Below, piece after piece: positions 37,176-47,166 of a stretch of 64,000 nucleotides of DNA. The stretch comes from Planctomycetota bacterium (GTDB lineage: Bacteria; Planctomycetota; UBA8742; UBA2392). The stretch is taken from the NCBI GenBank assembly GCA_019186845.1, contig JABARW010000007.1:1386-65385 (forward strand), read 5' to 3'. The notes beneath the pieces were generated by a model. The model made no database searches. It saw nothing but the letters and a program-made list of their open reading frames with translations, and had not been told where the DNA came from. The number at the start of each line of letters is the position of its first letter. The stretch's first letter is position 1. The position numbers and the translations under genes were made by a program.

Positions 37176-40148
37176 CTACCTGGCGGTGAGCTTGACGCTC
37201 AGCTTCGATGAAATCACGTCGTCGTCCGTCTCTGCCAGCTGCTCGTTCGTAATCGTCAAGGTCAGGCGGCGCAACTGGCAGCGCGCGCCCGCAAGTTCAG
37301 CCACACACTCCACGCGCCCGCCGTCATTCACGTACTCGGGGTCGCCGCCGGCGTAACGGCCCCGGGCCGCCACGCGGCGCACCACCAGGTTGTCCCCCAC
37401 CAGCTGCTCAATGGCAGCGGCCTCGGCATAGCCCTCACCGCTGTAGTGGGCCGGACCCTGCGTGCGCTCGTTGCGCCAGCCATAGGGCGGAAGAATCTGC
37501 GAATCCCCCAGGCCCAGGCAGAGCGCGTCGCACAGGGCGGAGATCGCGGGGTCCACGGCATCGGCCAGAGCACGGGACGCCGGCAGCGGATTGCGCACCA
37601 GCCCAAACCATGGGCTGAGTTCCACCTGGAGCCGAAGCTCTTCCAGCCCCGGCACGGCCGCCGCTGCACCCGGCGCAAAGGTGACTATCAGCTTCCAGAC
37701 GCCGCCGTTTTCCGGCGTGGCCGCGACCTCCACACGCATTTCAAAGCCCCATTGGGCGCGGTGCTGACCCACCTCGCCGCCCTCACCCTCACCCGAGATG
37801 CTGACATCAAACTTCAGCTTCTCGCCCGCCGTCCAGCGCGGCGTGACGGCCCGCGCGCCCTGTGCCTTGACGGGCGCCAGACCCAGCAGCGTCAACACCT
37901 GGTCGCTGGGTCGCAGGAGTATGGAACCGGGCACCTCCGCGTAAAGGCGCCGCATCAGCGCCGCGGCACCCGCCTCGTCACCCAGGGCGCGCCGTGCCAG
38001 CGCCGCCATCATGAGGGACGTACCGTCATCACGGTCAAGCGCAAATGCGGCCTCCATGTCTTCAGCGGCGGACTCAAAACGCCGAAGCTGTACGCGCACA
38101 CGCCCCAGTTCGAGGCGCGCCGATGCCTTGGCGTAGTTGTCCTCCGCGTGCTGCCAAGCCTGGCCGAGCAGGACCTCCGCGCGCTCGAGCATGCCGATGT
38201 TTCGCTCGCCGGAAGCGACGGCCTCTTCACGCAGCAAACGGGCCAGGTCCGTCAGCGCTTCGGAGAACGTGGGGTCTTGCTCCACGGCCTTTTCAAGCTG
38301 CGCCTTGCGGTTTCGCGGCGCGTCTGTCGGGGTGGAGGCTCCAATCCAGGTGCGCACGGCTTCGGCGCGCGCCTTGCCCTTGGTAAGCGCGCTTCTGGCG
38401 ATGCGAACCCAGCGCCGCGTACCGCGGTAGTCGTCGCTCAGGGCGTTCAGCGTTTCCCAGTGTTTCAGGGCCTGCTGGTAGTCACCAAGGTTGATGCTGG
38501 CAAAGCCGGCGCCGTACAGGGCCTGGAGGTTCTCCGGCCCAAGCTCGAGAGCCTGCTTGTAGGCGGCCAGAGCTTCCTCGTTGAACTTCTGAAGGAAGTT
38601 GACTTCACCCAGCATCAGCCAGGCATCAAAGAAGCGGGGAGCACGCTTGACCAGAGACTCCAGCAGGCTGCGCTGAAGCTTGAAGTCCGAGTCCCGGCCC
38701 AGATTGAGCAAGGCCATGTAGTCCGGCGCCGAGTAGAGGCCCGCCGCAATATCCCGCGCGGCACGGGCATAGCGGCGCGCGTACTCGTCCTCCGGGTCCA
38801 GCCTGGCCGTGCGAGTAAACGCCTCGGCCGCATCTTCGTAGCGCCCAAGATGCCAAAGCGCCAGCGCCCGCAGCCGCGAGGCATCAGGCAATTTCTCGCC
38901 CAACTCTGCGGCCTTGTCGACGGCCTTGACCGCTCCCTCGTACCAGGAGTTGCGAGCCTCTATGTTCTCCGTGATCGTTTCGGCGCGGCTGATCAGGGCC
39001 TCCGCGGCCAGCAGGTGAATCTCCAGGAAGTCCGGCTGAAGCTGAAGCAGTTCGCCGCAGCCCTGAAGGCGCGCCTCGCCCCGCAGACCAAACACGACGC
39101 GATACTCCCGCCAGCGGACAAAGGGCCACTTGGAATCCCGAATCCTGCGCGCGGCGGACAGATCGAGTGCGCTGTCCACGTCGTTGTAGGCCCGGTGTCT
39201 CAACTCCAGATTGGCAATCAGCAGCTCCTGGTCGCCCGTCGCGCTTGCTACGTCGATCAAGATGGCAGTCAGGCGGTTGGTGACCGGCGCGTTCTCGCCC
39301 GAGAGCAGCAGTGCCGCGTCACACTCGCGGCGCGCTTCTTCGTAGCGCTTGAGGCGCAGCAGCACCTGGCAAAGGGCCGCGCGGGCCGTGAGGTCGAGCG
39401 CGCTGGTTTCGATGACGCGCCGGTACAGCTTCTCAGCCCGCTCCAGCAGCATCTGCGCCGCTTCGCCAAAGGGCCCAAAACGCTCATGAAGCTTTGAGAA
39501 GCTCTCAAAGCGGCGCGCGCGGAAATCCAGCTCCTGAGCCGCCAGGAAGCAGACTTCGCCAGTCCGCGGCGTCTGCCGGCTCGCTCGCGCCAGCCAGGCC
39601 AGCGAAAGGTCCGCCCGGGGCGATGCCGCGCCGGGCAGGGTCTCTGCAGGAGCGACAATGTAATCGGCGAGTTCCTGGAAAATCTCAATCTCGGCCTTCA
39701 GGCGCGTAAGCGCAGCCTTGACTTCGTCATCCTTGCCGGGATTGGGAGCCACCAGGTCGGGCTGCGTGATGAACAGAAAGTTGGCGATCTCGAAACAGGC
39801 CTCGTAATCATCGGGGAAATTCTTGGCCAGGGCTTGGGCCCACTTGCGCGCATCTTCAGCGCCGCCGGTGCTGCGCGTATAGAGCCGCAACTGCCAGAGC
39901 ATCACGTCGCGGCTCTGGGGGTCCTGAGCCAGGGCGAGATCAAGCTGCTTCTTGGCCAGCAGCGGCCGGCCAAAGTCGATCAGGCGGCGGGCACGCCGCA
40001 CATGCTCCTGGGCCAGCTCCTTTGGAGTGCGCTTGTCCTGCTTGGCGGCGGGGTTGGCGTCCTCACTCCCCTGTCCGTGATGCAACGCTGTCATCAACGA
40101 CAGGCAGAGACTTACCGCCAGGATGGCGGTCCATAGACGAACGTGCAT
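37176..40148 (-). CDS. secreted tetratricopeptide (TPR) repeat protein
   Basis: 990 aa. Signal peptide MHVRLWTAILAVSLCLSLMTAL. Many TPR-like A/L/Y-rich 34-mers (e.g. EEALAAYKQALELGPENLQALYGAGFASINLGDYQQAL). Confidence 0.75.
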   Translation of the reverse strand: MHVRLWTAILAVSLCLSLMTALHHGQGSEDANPAAKQDKRTPKELAQEHVRRARRLIDFGRPLLAKKQLDLALAQDPQSRDVMLWQLRLYTRSTGGAEDARKWAQALAKNFPDDYEACFEIANFLFITQPDLVAPNPGKDDEVKAALTRLKAEIEIFQELADYIVAPAETLPGAASPRADLSLAWLARASRQTPRTGEVCFLAAQELDFRARRFESFSKLHERFGPFGEAAQMLLERAEKLYRRVIETSALDLTARAALCQVLLRLKRYEEARRECDAALLLSGENAPVTNRLTAILIDVASATGDQELLIANLELRHRAYNDVDSALDLSAARRIRDSKWPFVRWREYRVVFGLRGEARLQGCGELLQLQPDFLEIHLLAAEALISRAETITENIEARNSWYEGAVKAVDKAAELGEKLPDASRLRALALWHLGRYEDAAEAFTRTARLDPEDEYARRYARAARDIAAGLYSAPDYMALLNLGRDSDFKLQRSLLESLVKRAPRFFDAWLMLGEVNFLQKFNEEALAAYKQALELGPENLQALYGAGFASINLGDYQQALKHWETLNALSDDYRGTRRWVRIARSALTKGKARAEAVRTWIGASTPTDAPRNRKAQLEKAVEQDPTFSEALTDLARLLREEAVASGERNIGMLERAEVLLGQAWQHAEDNYAKASARLELGRVRVQLRRFESAAEDMEAAFALDRDDGTSLMMAALARRALGDEAGAAALMRRLYAEVPGSILLRPSDQVLTLLGLAPVKAQGARAVTPRWTAGEKLKFDVSISGEGEGGEVGQHRAQWGFEMRVEVAATPENGGVWKLIVTFAPGAAAAVPGLEELRLQVELSPWFGLVRNPLPASRALADAVDPAISALCDALCLGLGDSQILPPYGWRNERTQGPAHYSGEGYAEAAAIEQLVGDNLVVRRVAARGRYAGGDPEYVNDGGRVECVAELAGARCQLRRLTLTITNEQLAETDDDVISSKLSVKLTAR

Positions 40149-40324
40149 CAGTGATCACTCCGCACAGTCTTAGCCGCGCCCCCAACCCCAACCAAACTTG
40201 AGCCAGGATGCCGCGCGTCGGAACAGGCTCGCCCATTGGCACAGGCCGCCACCCAGGTCCAACGCGAACCCTTCCATGGCTTGCCTTCAGTCTGCCCCGG
40301 GGGTAGACGCTGAAGGTCTTGCAA

Positions 40325-40768
40325 TTATGCCATAGTCCGGCCCGGGGGGGGTCCCTGATCCTCCTCATAGAAGATAGGTACCAGAAACTGCTGGGCTTGA
40401 CGCAAAAGCTCAATGGACGCGGCATCGAGTCGATGTCCGGCCGCCAAGGTGCGCCCCTGGCTCAAGGAAAGGTCGCGGCCCAAGATCATGCCGGGCCTGA
40501 CGTGCTCGATTGAAGTGGGGTGAAGCACGCCAACTTCCGGGGCCCGGCGCCGGAAGCGGAACAGGGGGTCCGCCAGCCGCGCTGCTTCGGCGCGTTTGAT
40601 CTGGTCCAGGCGGGCTGCCTCCCGGGCGCGAGTGCGCTCGGCGTGCAGGGCGTCCAGTTGCTCACGATGGCGCACGAGCAGCATGACGTAGCTGTAAAGT
40701 GCCATCGCGGGCAGTCCGAGCAGGACCGCCATGAAGACCATGCGCTCGAGCAGATAGGGCCAGTTCAC
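40325..40768 (-). CDS. hypothetical membrane-anchored protein
   Basis: 147 aa. TM segment MVFMAVLLGLPAMALYSYVMLLV. A charged helix and a small C-terminal domain follow. Confidence 0.55.
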   Translation of the reverse strand: MNWPYLLERMVFMAVLLGLPAMALYSYVMLLVRHREQLDALHAERTRAREAARLDQIKRAEAARLADPLFRFRRRAPEVGVLHPTSIEHVRPGMILGRDLSLSQGRTLAAGHRLDAASIELLRQAQQFLVPIFYEEDQGPPPGRTMA

Positions 40769-40827
40769 GACATTCCGCCGACATCACGTATCCGATACAT
40801 CGACTGACGTGGCGGAAATCTTGAGCG

Positions 40828-41718
40828 CTAATCGTCGCCGGCGATGCCGGTGCGTTTGCGGAACTGGGCAAAGTCGCTGGGCGGGGCCGCCGCCATGGCA
40901 ACATTCATGGCATCGCGCACGGGGCCGCCGTAATTTACGCCCTGATAACCGATGAACCACATGGCACTCTGGACCGAAAGGCCAAAGTGCGTCTTGTTCG
41001 AGAGCTGGTCCTTGAGGGCCTGCTCGGCCGAAAGCACTTCTTCGGACTTCTTGTAGTACAGCAGCACGATGAAGCCCACGTGTTGCACGCCCTTGGCATC
41101 CGTGTGCTTGACGATGAAGCTGTAGGAGCGGTGCGGAGACCCCGGCTTGGGCGGCGTGCTCCAGGGCAGCTTCATGCCGCCCGTGGGCTGGGCGGAGATG
41201 GCCTCCAGGGCCTGGGTCAGGTCGGAGGCCTCAATCACTTCGTTCTTGCCCCCGGCGCTGAGGGCAGAGCGCACACGCTTGAGGGCCTCATCGACGGCGG
41301 CTTCATAGGCTTTGACGTCGAGCACCGTTTCACGTTCCTGCTTCTTGCGCTCAGCCGCGCCGCTTTGAAGGTTGCTGATCAGCATGTAGCCCAGAATCAG
41401 CACCGCGAGCCCCGCTACGACCACAAACACCATGCGAAGCATGGCCGTGGAATCCTTCTTGCCGTGGGCCACGGTGAAGTCCACGGTAACAGGATCGTCC
41501 GATGCGGGCGCGCCCAGGGCCGCGGCATAGGGCGAGGCCCCGGGTCCCTTGCGGGCGGCCTGCACGGGTCTTCCGTCCGGGCCCACGATCTTGCCCCAAG
41601 TGCGGCACTTGGGGCAGATGGGCTGAACCATCATCTGCTCTTTGGTCGAGGGAAAGCTGTTGCCGCAGGCCTGGCAGCTGAAGTGGACGGTCACGGTTTG
41701 TGGTTGAGGTGCAGGCAT
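40828..41718 (-). CDS. hypothetical zinc-ribbon / TM protein
   Basis: Start at MPAPQPQTVTVHFSCQACG...CPKC (CxxC...CxxC zinc ribbon). TM segment MLRMVFVVVAGLAVLILGYMLI. A C-terminal globular part follows. The ORF extends to 41784. Confidence 0.6.
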   Translation of the reverse strand: MPAPQPQTVTVHFSCQACGNSFPSTKEQMMVQPICPKCRTWGKIVGPDGRPVQAARKGPGASPYAAALGAPASDDPVTVDFTVAHGKKDSTAMLRMVFVVVAGLAVLILGYMLISNLQSGAAERKKQERETVLDVKAYEAAVDEALKRVRSALSAGGKNEVIEASDLTQALEAISAQPTGGMKLPWSTPPKPGSPHRSYSFIVKHTDAKGVQHVGFIVLLYYKKSEEVLSAEQALKDQLSNKTHFGLSVQSAMWFIGYQGVNYGGPVRDAMNVAMAAAPPSDFAQFRKRTGIAGDD

Positions 41719-41844
41719 CGCTCGCAGGCTTCCTTGTGTGTCTGTGGAGCTATTGTACGCTGAAAGAGTGTATTGGCGGAACATTTGGTTACGGGCGGTG
41801 TTGAGTATGTCAGAATCAGTGCATGACGATGACGGAGGCAGCCC

Positions 41845-42099
41845 ATGGACTTCTTAGCGTTCTTCAACCTCTCAACGGGTGAAATCATTGTCATCTGTGT
41901 GGTGGCGCTGATTCTCTTTGGCGGCAGCCTTCCCATGATCGCCAAGAACCTTGGAAAGAGCGTGGTCGAGTTCAAGAAGGGCATCAAGGACGTCAAGGAC
42001 GACATCAGCGACGCCGCCAACTCCGACCCCAAGCTTGAAAGCAAACCCTCGCGCGAGGTCAATGTGGAAAAGTCTGAGCGCGAAACGGTTTCAAAGTAG
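41845..42099 (+). CDS. tatA: twin-arginine translocase TatA/E family protein
   Basis: 84 aa. GEIIVICVVALILFGGSLPMIAKNLGKSVVEFKKGIKD matches the TatA TM + amphipathic helix signature. Confidence 0.85.
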   Translation: MDFLAFFNLSTGEIIVICVVALILFGGSLPMIAKNLGKSVVEFKKGIKDVKDDISDAANSDPKLESKPSREVNVEKSERETVSK

Positions 42100-42111
42100 T
42101 CTCCCCGGCCC

Positions 42112-42139
42112 TTGAAGGCCCTTGCTTCCTTTGTATCTT
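42112..42139 (+). promoter_or_regulatory. putative sigma70-type promoter for tRNA-Leu
   Basis: TTGAAG-N16-TATCTT, about 35 nt upstream of the tRNA 5' end. It uses the same -10 hexamer and spacer length as the element at 28391. Confidence 0.35.
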
Positions 42140-42174
42140 TCCCGCCTCGCCACGGCATGTTTTGCCGTGACAGT

Positions 42175-42261
42175 GCACGGGTGGCGGAATTGGCAGACGC
42201 GCTCGTTTCAGGTGCGAGTGCTCGCAAGGGCTTGTGGGTTCAAGTCCCACCCCGTGCACCA
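42175..42261 (+). tRNA. tRNA-Leu (anticodon CAG)
   Basis: Hand-folded cloverleaf. Acceptor GCACGGG/CCCGTGC. D arm GCG-GAATTGGCAGA-CGC. Anticodon stem CTCGT/GCGAG with loop TTCAGGT. Long variable arm TGCTCGCAAGGGCTT. T arm GTGGG-TTCAAGT-CCCAC. Encoded ACCA end. Confidence 0.92.
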
Positions 42262-42280
42262 AAAGACTTCGGAAGCCCGG

Positions 42281-42304
42281 CGACGCCCCAAGGGGCGTCG
42301 TTTC
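42281..42304 (+). terminator. intrinsic terminator after tRNA-Leu
   Basis: Stem cgacgcccc / ggggcgtcg with loop aa, followed by TTTCG. Confidence 0.6.
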
Positions 42305-42371
42305 GCGTGTTGCGGACCACACTCAGGGGCCGTTGCGCCCCGCAGAACATCGCCCAGCGTCACGAGAAGCA

Positions 42372-43325
<954 letters not shown>

Positions 43326-43485
43326 GTGTAAAAAGGTAACACCTGCCGCGACGCTTGAGAAGCGGAGATGTGGTGGTGCGCCGCTCAGTTGTTGACCCAA
43401 GTCACGAAGAATGGCAAGTATTTCGGATTCACCGTATCTCAAATCATGGCCCGACCGTCCTTACGGGACAACCCAAGGAGACAAC

Positions 43486-44088
43486 ATGATTCGCTTTGCC
43501 TACACGATGTGTGCCGCGCTGTTCGTGATTGTCTGTGCCAACCTGATTCCCGCCCTTTCGCAGGACATGGGCGGGGAGAAGAAGGAGGGTGACATGCACG
43601 AGGACTGGGCCAAGCTGCAGCAGCCCGGGCCCGAGCACAAGTGGCTCGCCGAAGAAGTTGGCGACTGGACCATTGAGGGCAAGATGTGGATGGAGCCCGG
43701 CAAGGACCCCATGCCCTTCAAGGCCACTTCGAAGATCACGATGCGCTTGGACCGCTACATCCACGAAGAATTCAACGGCGAAGGCGAAATGCCCATGCAG
43801 GGCTTTGGCATCTTCGGCTACGACAACAGCAACAAGGAATTCCAGGGCTTGTGGACGAGCAACATGGGCACCTCGATGCACATCATGAGCGGGCAGCTTG
43901 ATGAAAAGACGGGCAAGTTGACCATATCCGGCGAGTGGACCGAGAAGGGCATGGGCGGCATGAAGATCAAGAGCCGCGTCGTGAACACCCGCAAGAGCAA
44001 AGACGAAGCCCTGGTCGAGGTGTTCGATACCTACGGCGACAACCCGGAAATGAAGATCGTGGAGATGACCTACAAGCGCAAGAAGTAG
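43486..44088 (+). CDS. DUF1579 family secreted protein
   Basis: AAGGAG RBS. Signal peptide MIRFAYTMCAALFVIVCANLIPALSQ. EHKWLAEEVGDWTIEGKMW...FGYDNSNKEFQGLWTSNMGT is typical of DUF1579. Confidence 0.7.
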   Translation: MIRFAYTMCAALFVIVCANLIPALSQDMGGEKKEGDMHEDWAKLQQPGPEHKWLAEEVGDWTIEGKMWMEPGKDPMPFKATSKITMRLDRYIHEEFNGEGEMPMQGFGIFGYDNSNKEFQGLWTSNMGTSMHIMSGQLDEKTGKLTISGEWTEKGMGGMKIKSRVVNTRKSKDEALVEVFDTYGDNPEMKIVEMTYKRKK

Positions 44089-44106
44089 GCCTCTCGCGAC
44101 TCTCGC

Positions 44107-44133
44107 GGGCGCGGCTCTTGCCGCGCCCGTTTT
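44107..44133 (+). terminator. intrinsic terminator after the DUF1579 gene
   Basis: Perfect 9-bp stem gggcgcggc / gccgcgccc with loop tctt, followed by GTTTTCG. Confidence 0.8.
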
Positions 44134-44159
44134 CGTTGGCGCGGGCCCTGCATGGATAA

Positions 44160-44215
44160 AATCGTATTTTTACGATTGAAAGTCGGGCGTCGGACGTTTA
44201 TCGTAACATGACGAT
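44160..44215. promoter_or_regulatory. ars promoter region with two ATCGT-type palindromes (candidate ArsR operators)
   Basis: AATCGTA-tttt-TACGATT (44160..44177) overlaps a TTGAAA-N17-TATCGT promoter-like element (44176..44204). ATCGT-aacatg-ACGAT (44200..44215) spans the arsR ATG. Confidence 0.45.
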
Positions 44216-44537
44216 GAAAGCCAAACCCGACGACTGTTGCCTCCCCCCGGCTCCCGCGCGAAGGCTCAAGCCTGAGCAGGAACTGGCCAGGCTCGCCAAG
44301 GCCATGGGACACCCGGCGCGCGTGCGCATTGTGCAGCTCTTGCTGCGGCGCGAGGGCTGCATGTGCGGCGACATCGTCGACCAGCTTCCCTTGGCCCAGA
44401 GCACGGTGAGCCAGCACCTCAAAGTGCTCAAGGAGGCCGGCATCATTGTGGGCCAAACCGAGGGGCCCAAGATCTGCTACTGCGTTAGGCGCGAAGCGCT
44501 CAGGCGCCTGGAGGAACTTTTGAGCGAACTTGCATGA
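44208..44537 (+). CDS. arsR: ArsR/SmtB family metalloregulator
   Basis: LAKAMGHPARVRIVQLLLRREGCMCGDIVDQLPLAQSTVSQHLKVLKEAGII is a winged HTH carrying the CxC metalloid site. The start could be ATG 44208 or ATG 44214. Confidence 0.85.
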   Translation: MTMKAKPDDCCLPPAPARRLKPEQELARLAKAMGHPARVRIVQLLLRREGCMCGDIVDQLPLAQSTVSQHLKVLKEAGIIVGQTEGPKICYCVRREALRRLEELLSELA

Positions 44538-44554
44538 ATCTTCATGCGACAATA

Positions 44555-44572
44555 TATCGTATTTATACGATA
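44555..44572. promoter_or_regulatory. perfect 18-bp palindrome TATCGTAT-tt-ATACGATA upstream of the arsI-like gene (candidate ArsR operator)
   Basis: It shares the ATCGTA/TACGAT core with the palindromes at 44160..44215. It lies 11 nt before the ATG at 44584 and abuts the AAAGGAG RBS. A further hairpin, TGCATGAA-tc-TTCATGCA (44531..44548), spans the arsR stop codon. Confidence 0.45.
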
Positions 44573-44583
44573 AAGGAGCAGCC

Positions 44584-45114
44584 ATGAAAACCCGAGTCCA
44601 CATCAACCTCAGCGCGAGCGACCTCGACAAGTCTGTCGAGTTCTACGGCGCACTCTTGGGGGTGAAGCCCACCAAGCTCAGGCCTGACTACGCCAACTGG
44701 CGCCTGGATAACCCCGCGCTGCACCTGGCGCTGGTGCACATTCCCAAGGCCAGCGTGGCCGACGCCCACGCCCGCCACTTCGGCATCGAACTCTTTGATG
44801 ACCGGGAACTGGAAGGCTGGAAGCAGCGCGTCGAGGAAGCCGGCCTGAGCGTACGCACCGAGCAGGAAGTGACCTGCTGCTACGCCATTGCCAACAAGTT
44901 CTGGGTAGCCGACCCCGATGGCAACGAGTGGGAGTTCTGGGTGCGGCACGAAGAGGCCAACGCCATGCACGGAGCCGACAACGCCCCCAGCGAAGAAGGT
45001 GCCTGCTGCGGCGCCAGCGCGCAGGAGAACGCCAAGGCAAAGGCCGCCGGGAGCTGCTGCGCCGCCGGGGCCACCGTCAAACAGGAGCAGCCCGCCAAGT
45101 CCGCCTGCTGCTAG
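44584..45114 (+). CDS. ArsI/CadI family VOC (glyoxalase-fold) metalloenzyme with Cys-rich tail
   Basis: MKTRVHINLSASDLDKSVEFYGALLGVKP..., the vicinal Cys pair in EVTCCYA, KFWVADPDGNEWEFW, and a C-terminal CC...CC...CC tail. Confidence 0.75.
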   Translation: MKTRVHINLSASDLDKSVEFYGALLGVKPTKLRPDYANWRLDNPALHLALVHIPKASVADAHARHFGIELFDDRELEGWKQRVEEAGLSVRTEQEVTCCYAIANKFWVADPDGNEWEFWVRHEEANAMHGADNAPSEEGACCGASAQENAKAKAAGSCCAAGATVKQEQPAKSACC

Positions 45115-45219
45115 AGAAGTGGAACCACGCATGGATACAGGTCGATACGCCGATCGAAAACGGGGCAGCAAGACACTGTGTTCATGCGTGGTTGCCTGCC
45201 GTTTGGGACCTTCACCCTG

Positions 45220-45882
45220 ATGCGGACACTGGCCGCCGAGTTTGTGGGTACCTTTGCGCTGGTGTTTGCCGGCACGGGCGCCATCGTCATCAATGACGTC
45301 AGTGGCGGGGCGATCACCCACGTGGGCGTGGCGCTGACTTTCGGCCTCATCGTCAGCGCCATGATCTACACGCTGGGAGACGTCAGCGGAGCCCACCTGA
45401 ATCCCGCCGTCACGCTGGCATTTGCCGTGGCAGGCCGATTTCGGGCCGCGCGCGTGCTGCCCTACATCGCGGCCCAGGTGGCTGGCGCCTGTGCCGCCAG
45501 CCTGCTCTTGCGCGCCCTGTTCGAAAGCCACGCCACGCTGGGCGCCACGCTGCCCGCCGGCAGCGCCATGCAGGCCGCCGTCCTGGAGCTCGTCCTGACG
45601 CTGCTGCTCATGTTCACCATACTGGGCGTCAGCCAGGGAGCGCGCGAAAAGGGCCTGTTTGCAGGCGCGGCCATTGGCGGCGTGGTCGCGCTGGAGGCCC
45701 TCTTCGCAGGGCCCATTTCCGGCGCATCCATGAACCCTGCACGCTCCCTGGCCCCGGCGCTGGTCAGTGCCCGTATGGATGGCATCTGGATTTATCTGGC
45801 CGCGCCAACGTTGGGGGCGCTGGCGGCCGTGCCGCTTTCGGCCTTCATTCACCGGCGAGCGGCCAATTCTTCCAACCGCTGA
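45220..45882 (+). CDS. MIP family aquaporin/aquaglyceroporin (likely arsenite channel)
   Basis: Two NPA boxes, HLNPAVTLAF and SMNPARSLAP. Six hydrophobic helices. Located inside the ars operon. Start taken at MRTLAAEF. The ORF begins at 45178. Confidence 0.85.
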   Translation: MRTLAAEFVGTFALVFAGTGAIVINDVSGGAITHVGVALTFGLIVSAMIYTLGDVSGAHLNPAVTLAFAVAGRFRAARVLPYIAAQVAGACAASLLLRALFESHATLGATLPAGSAMQAAVLELVLTLLLMFTILGVSQGAREKGLFAGAAIGGVVALEALFAGPISGASMNPARSLAPALVSARMDGIWIYLAAPTLGALAAVPLSAFIHRRAANSSNR

Positions 45883-45898
45883 ATCTCGGGGAAACCGC

Positions 45899-46351
45899 AT
45901 GACCAGAGTCCGGGTTCTTTTTCTGTGTACGGGCAACTCCGCACGCTCCCAGATGGCGGAAGCGCTGCTGCGCCATGCTGCGGGTGACCGCTTCGAAGCT
46001 CACAGCGCGGGGATCGAGCCCAAGGGGGTGCACGCCCTGACCCTTGAGGTGCTTCGCGAGGCAGGCATTGACACGTCAAGCCTTCGCTCCAAGCACCTGC
46101 GAGAATACCAGGGGCGCGTGACGTTTGACTGCCTGATCACAGTCTGCGGCCACGCCGACCAGAATTGCCCCACCTGGACCGGCGTCTCTCAGCGGCTTCA
46201 CTGGCCCTTTGATGACCCGGCGGCGGCGCAAGGCACCCAGGAGGAACGACTGGCGGTCTTCCGGCGTGTGCGTGACGAGATTGCGGCCCGCATCGGCGCC
46301 TGGCTCCGGACGCAGGGGCAGAGCACGCCCGGCACCTGGGCCAAGTCCTGA
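45899..46351 (+). CDS. arsC: arsenate reductase, LMW-PTPase (thioredoxin-coupled) type
   Basis: VLFLCTGNSARSQMAEALLR is the CX5R(S) P-loop. The downstream Cys pair is in ITVCGHADQNCP. Confidence 0.85.
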   Translation: MTRVRVLFLCTGNSARSQMAEALLRHAAGDRFEAHSAGIEPKGVHALTLEVLREAGIDTSSLRSKHLREYQGRVTFDCLITVCGHADQNCPTWTGVSQRLHWPFDDPAAAQGTQEERLAVFRRVRDEIAARIGAWLRTQGQSTPGTWAKS

Positions 46352-46353
46352 CG

Positions 46354-47142
46354 TCAGGCCAGGCCAAGCGTCCAGACCTGCTCCTGGCCGTGGGTGAACG
46401 GCTGGCCGTCAAAACCGCCTTCGAGCGAGAGCACCCTGAAGCCGCAGCGCGCAAACAGATGCTCCATCTCGAAGCGGTAGCACCAGCGCAGCGTGAGTGT
46501 ATGGAGCCGGCGCGAGACTGAGCGTCCCTGGGCGTCAAAGCGCTCAACCACCCACTGGTCCTGCATGCGTTGTTGCTCAGGCGAAAGGGTGCGCGAGCTC
46601 CAAACAATCAGCTTCTCGTCGCCGTCGAGTCTGGTTTCCACGCGCGTCACGGGGCCCGGCAGCCCTGACTGCATGTGGGCGGCCAGGATGCGCAGGTTGG
46701 GATCGAACAGGTTGATCACCAGACGTCCTTGACGCGTCAAGTGCTTCCGGCAGCAGGCCAGGCAATCCATCTGCTCCTCGACAGTGAGCAGATGCTGGAA
46801 GGCCCGGAATGGAATGACAATCAGCGGAAAGCGCTTCCCCAGCCCAAATGCGCGCATGTCGGCTTCAAGCAGGCGCACGCGGCCCTGAACGGCAGCGCTC
46901 TCGCTGCCGCCCTTTTCTCGCGCCAGGGCCAGCATTTCTCCCACCAGATCCAGCGCCGTCACCCTGGCTCCCGCGCGCGCCATGGGCCAGGTAACACGCC
47001 CCGTGCCGCAGGCCAACTCGAGTACCGATCTGGACTTCTCTGCCAGGCGGCTGAAGTAGGCAATGTCGCCCGCGACACCGTGGCCTGAAATCAGGTCGTA
47101 GTCGCGGGCATTCAGGTAGAACTCGCGGACGGGGTCGGTCAT
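46354..47142 (-). CDS. class I SAM-dependent methyltransferase
   Basis: VLELACGTGRVTWPMARAGARVTALDLVGEML is SAM-binding motif I. Confidence 0.8.
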   Translation of the reverse strand: MTDPVREFYLNARDYDLISGHGVAGDIAYFSRLAEKSRSVLELACGTGRVTWPMARAGARVTALDLVGEMLALAREKGGSESAAVQGRVRLLEADMRAFGLGKRFPLIVIPFRAFQHLLTVEEQMDCLACCRKHLTRQGRLVINLFDPNLRILAAHMQSGLPGPVTRVETRLDGDEKLIVWSSRTLSPEQQRMQDQWVVERFDAQGRSVSRRLHTLTLRWCYRFEMEHLFARCGFRVLSLEGGFDGQPFTHGQEQVWTLGLA

Positions 47143-47166
47143 GGGTTCGATGTCGCGGCGCCGGCC

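Noticed and set aside
40275-40310. Hairpin ccttcagtctgcccc / ggggtagacgctgaagg downstream of the 147-aa gene.
   Set aside because: It has no U-tract on either strand and an imperfect inner stem. That is not enough to call a terminator or regulatory RNA.
40344-40351. G8 homopolymer near the 3' end of the 147-aa gene.
   Set aside because: It encodes the terminal GPPPG. Slippage would alter only the last few residues, so it is unlikely to be a meaningful switch. It is noted only as a possible sequencing-error hotspot.
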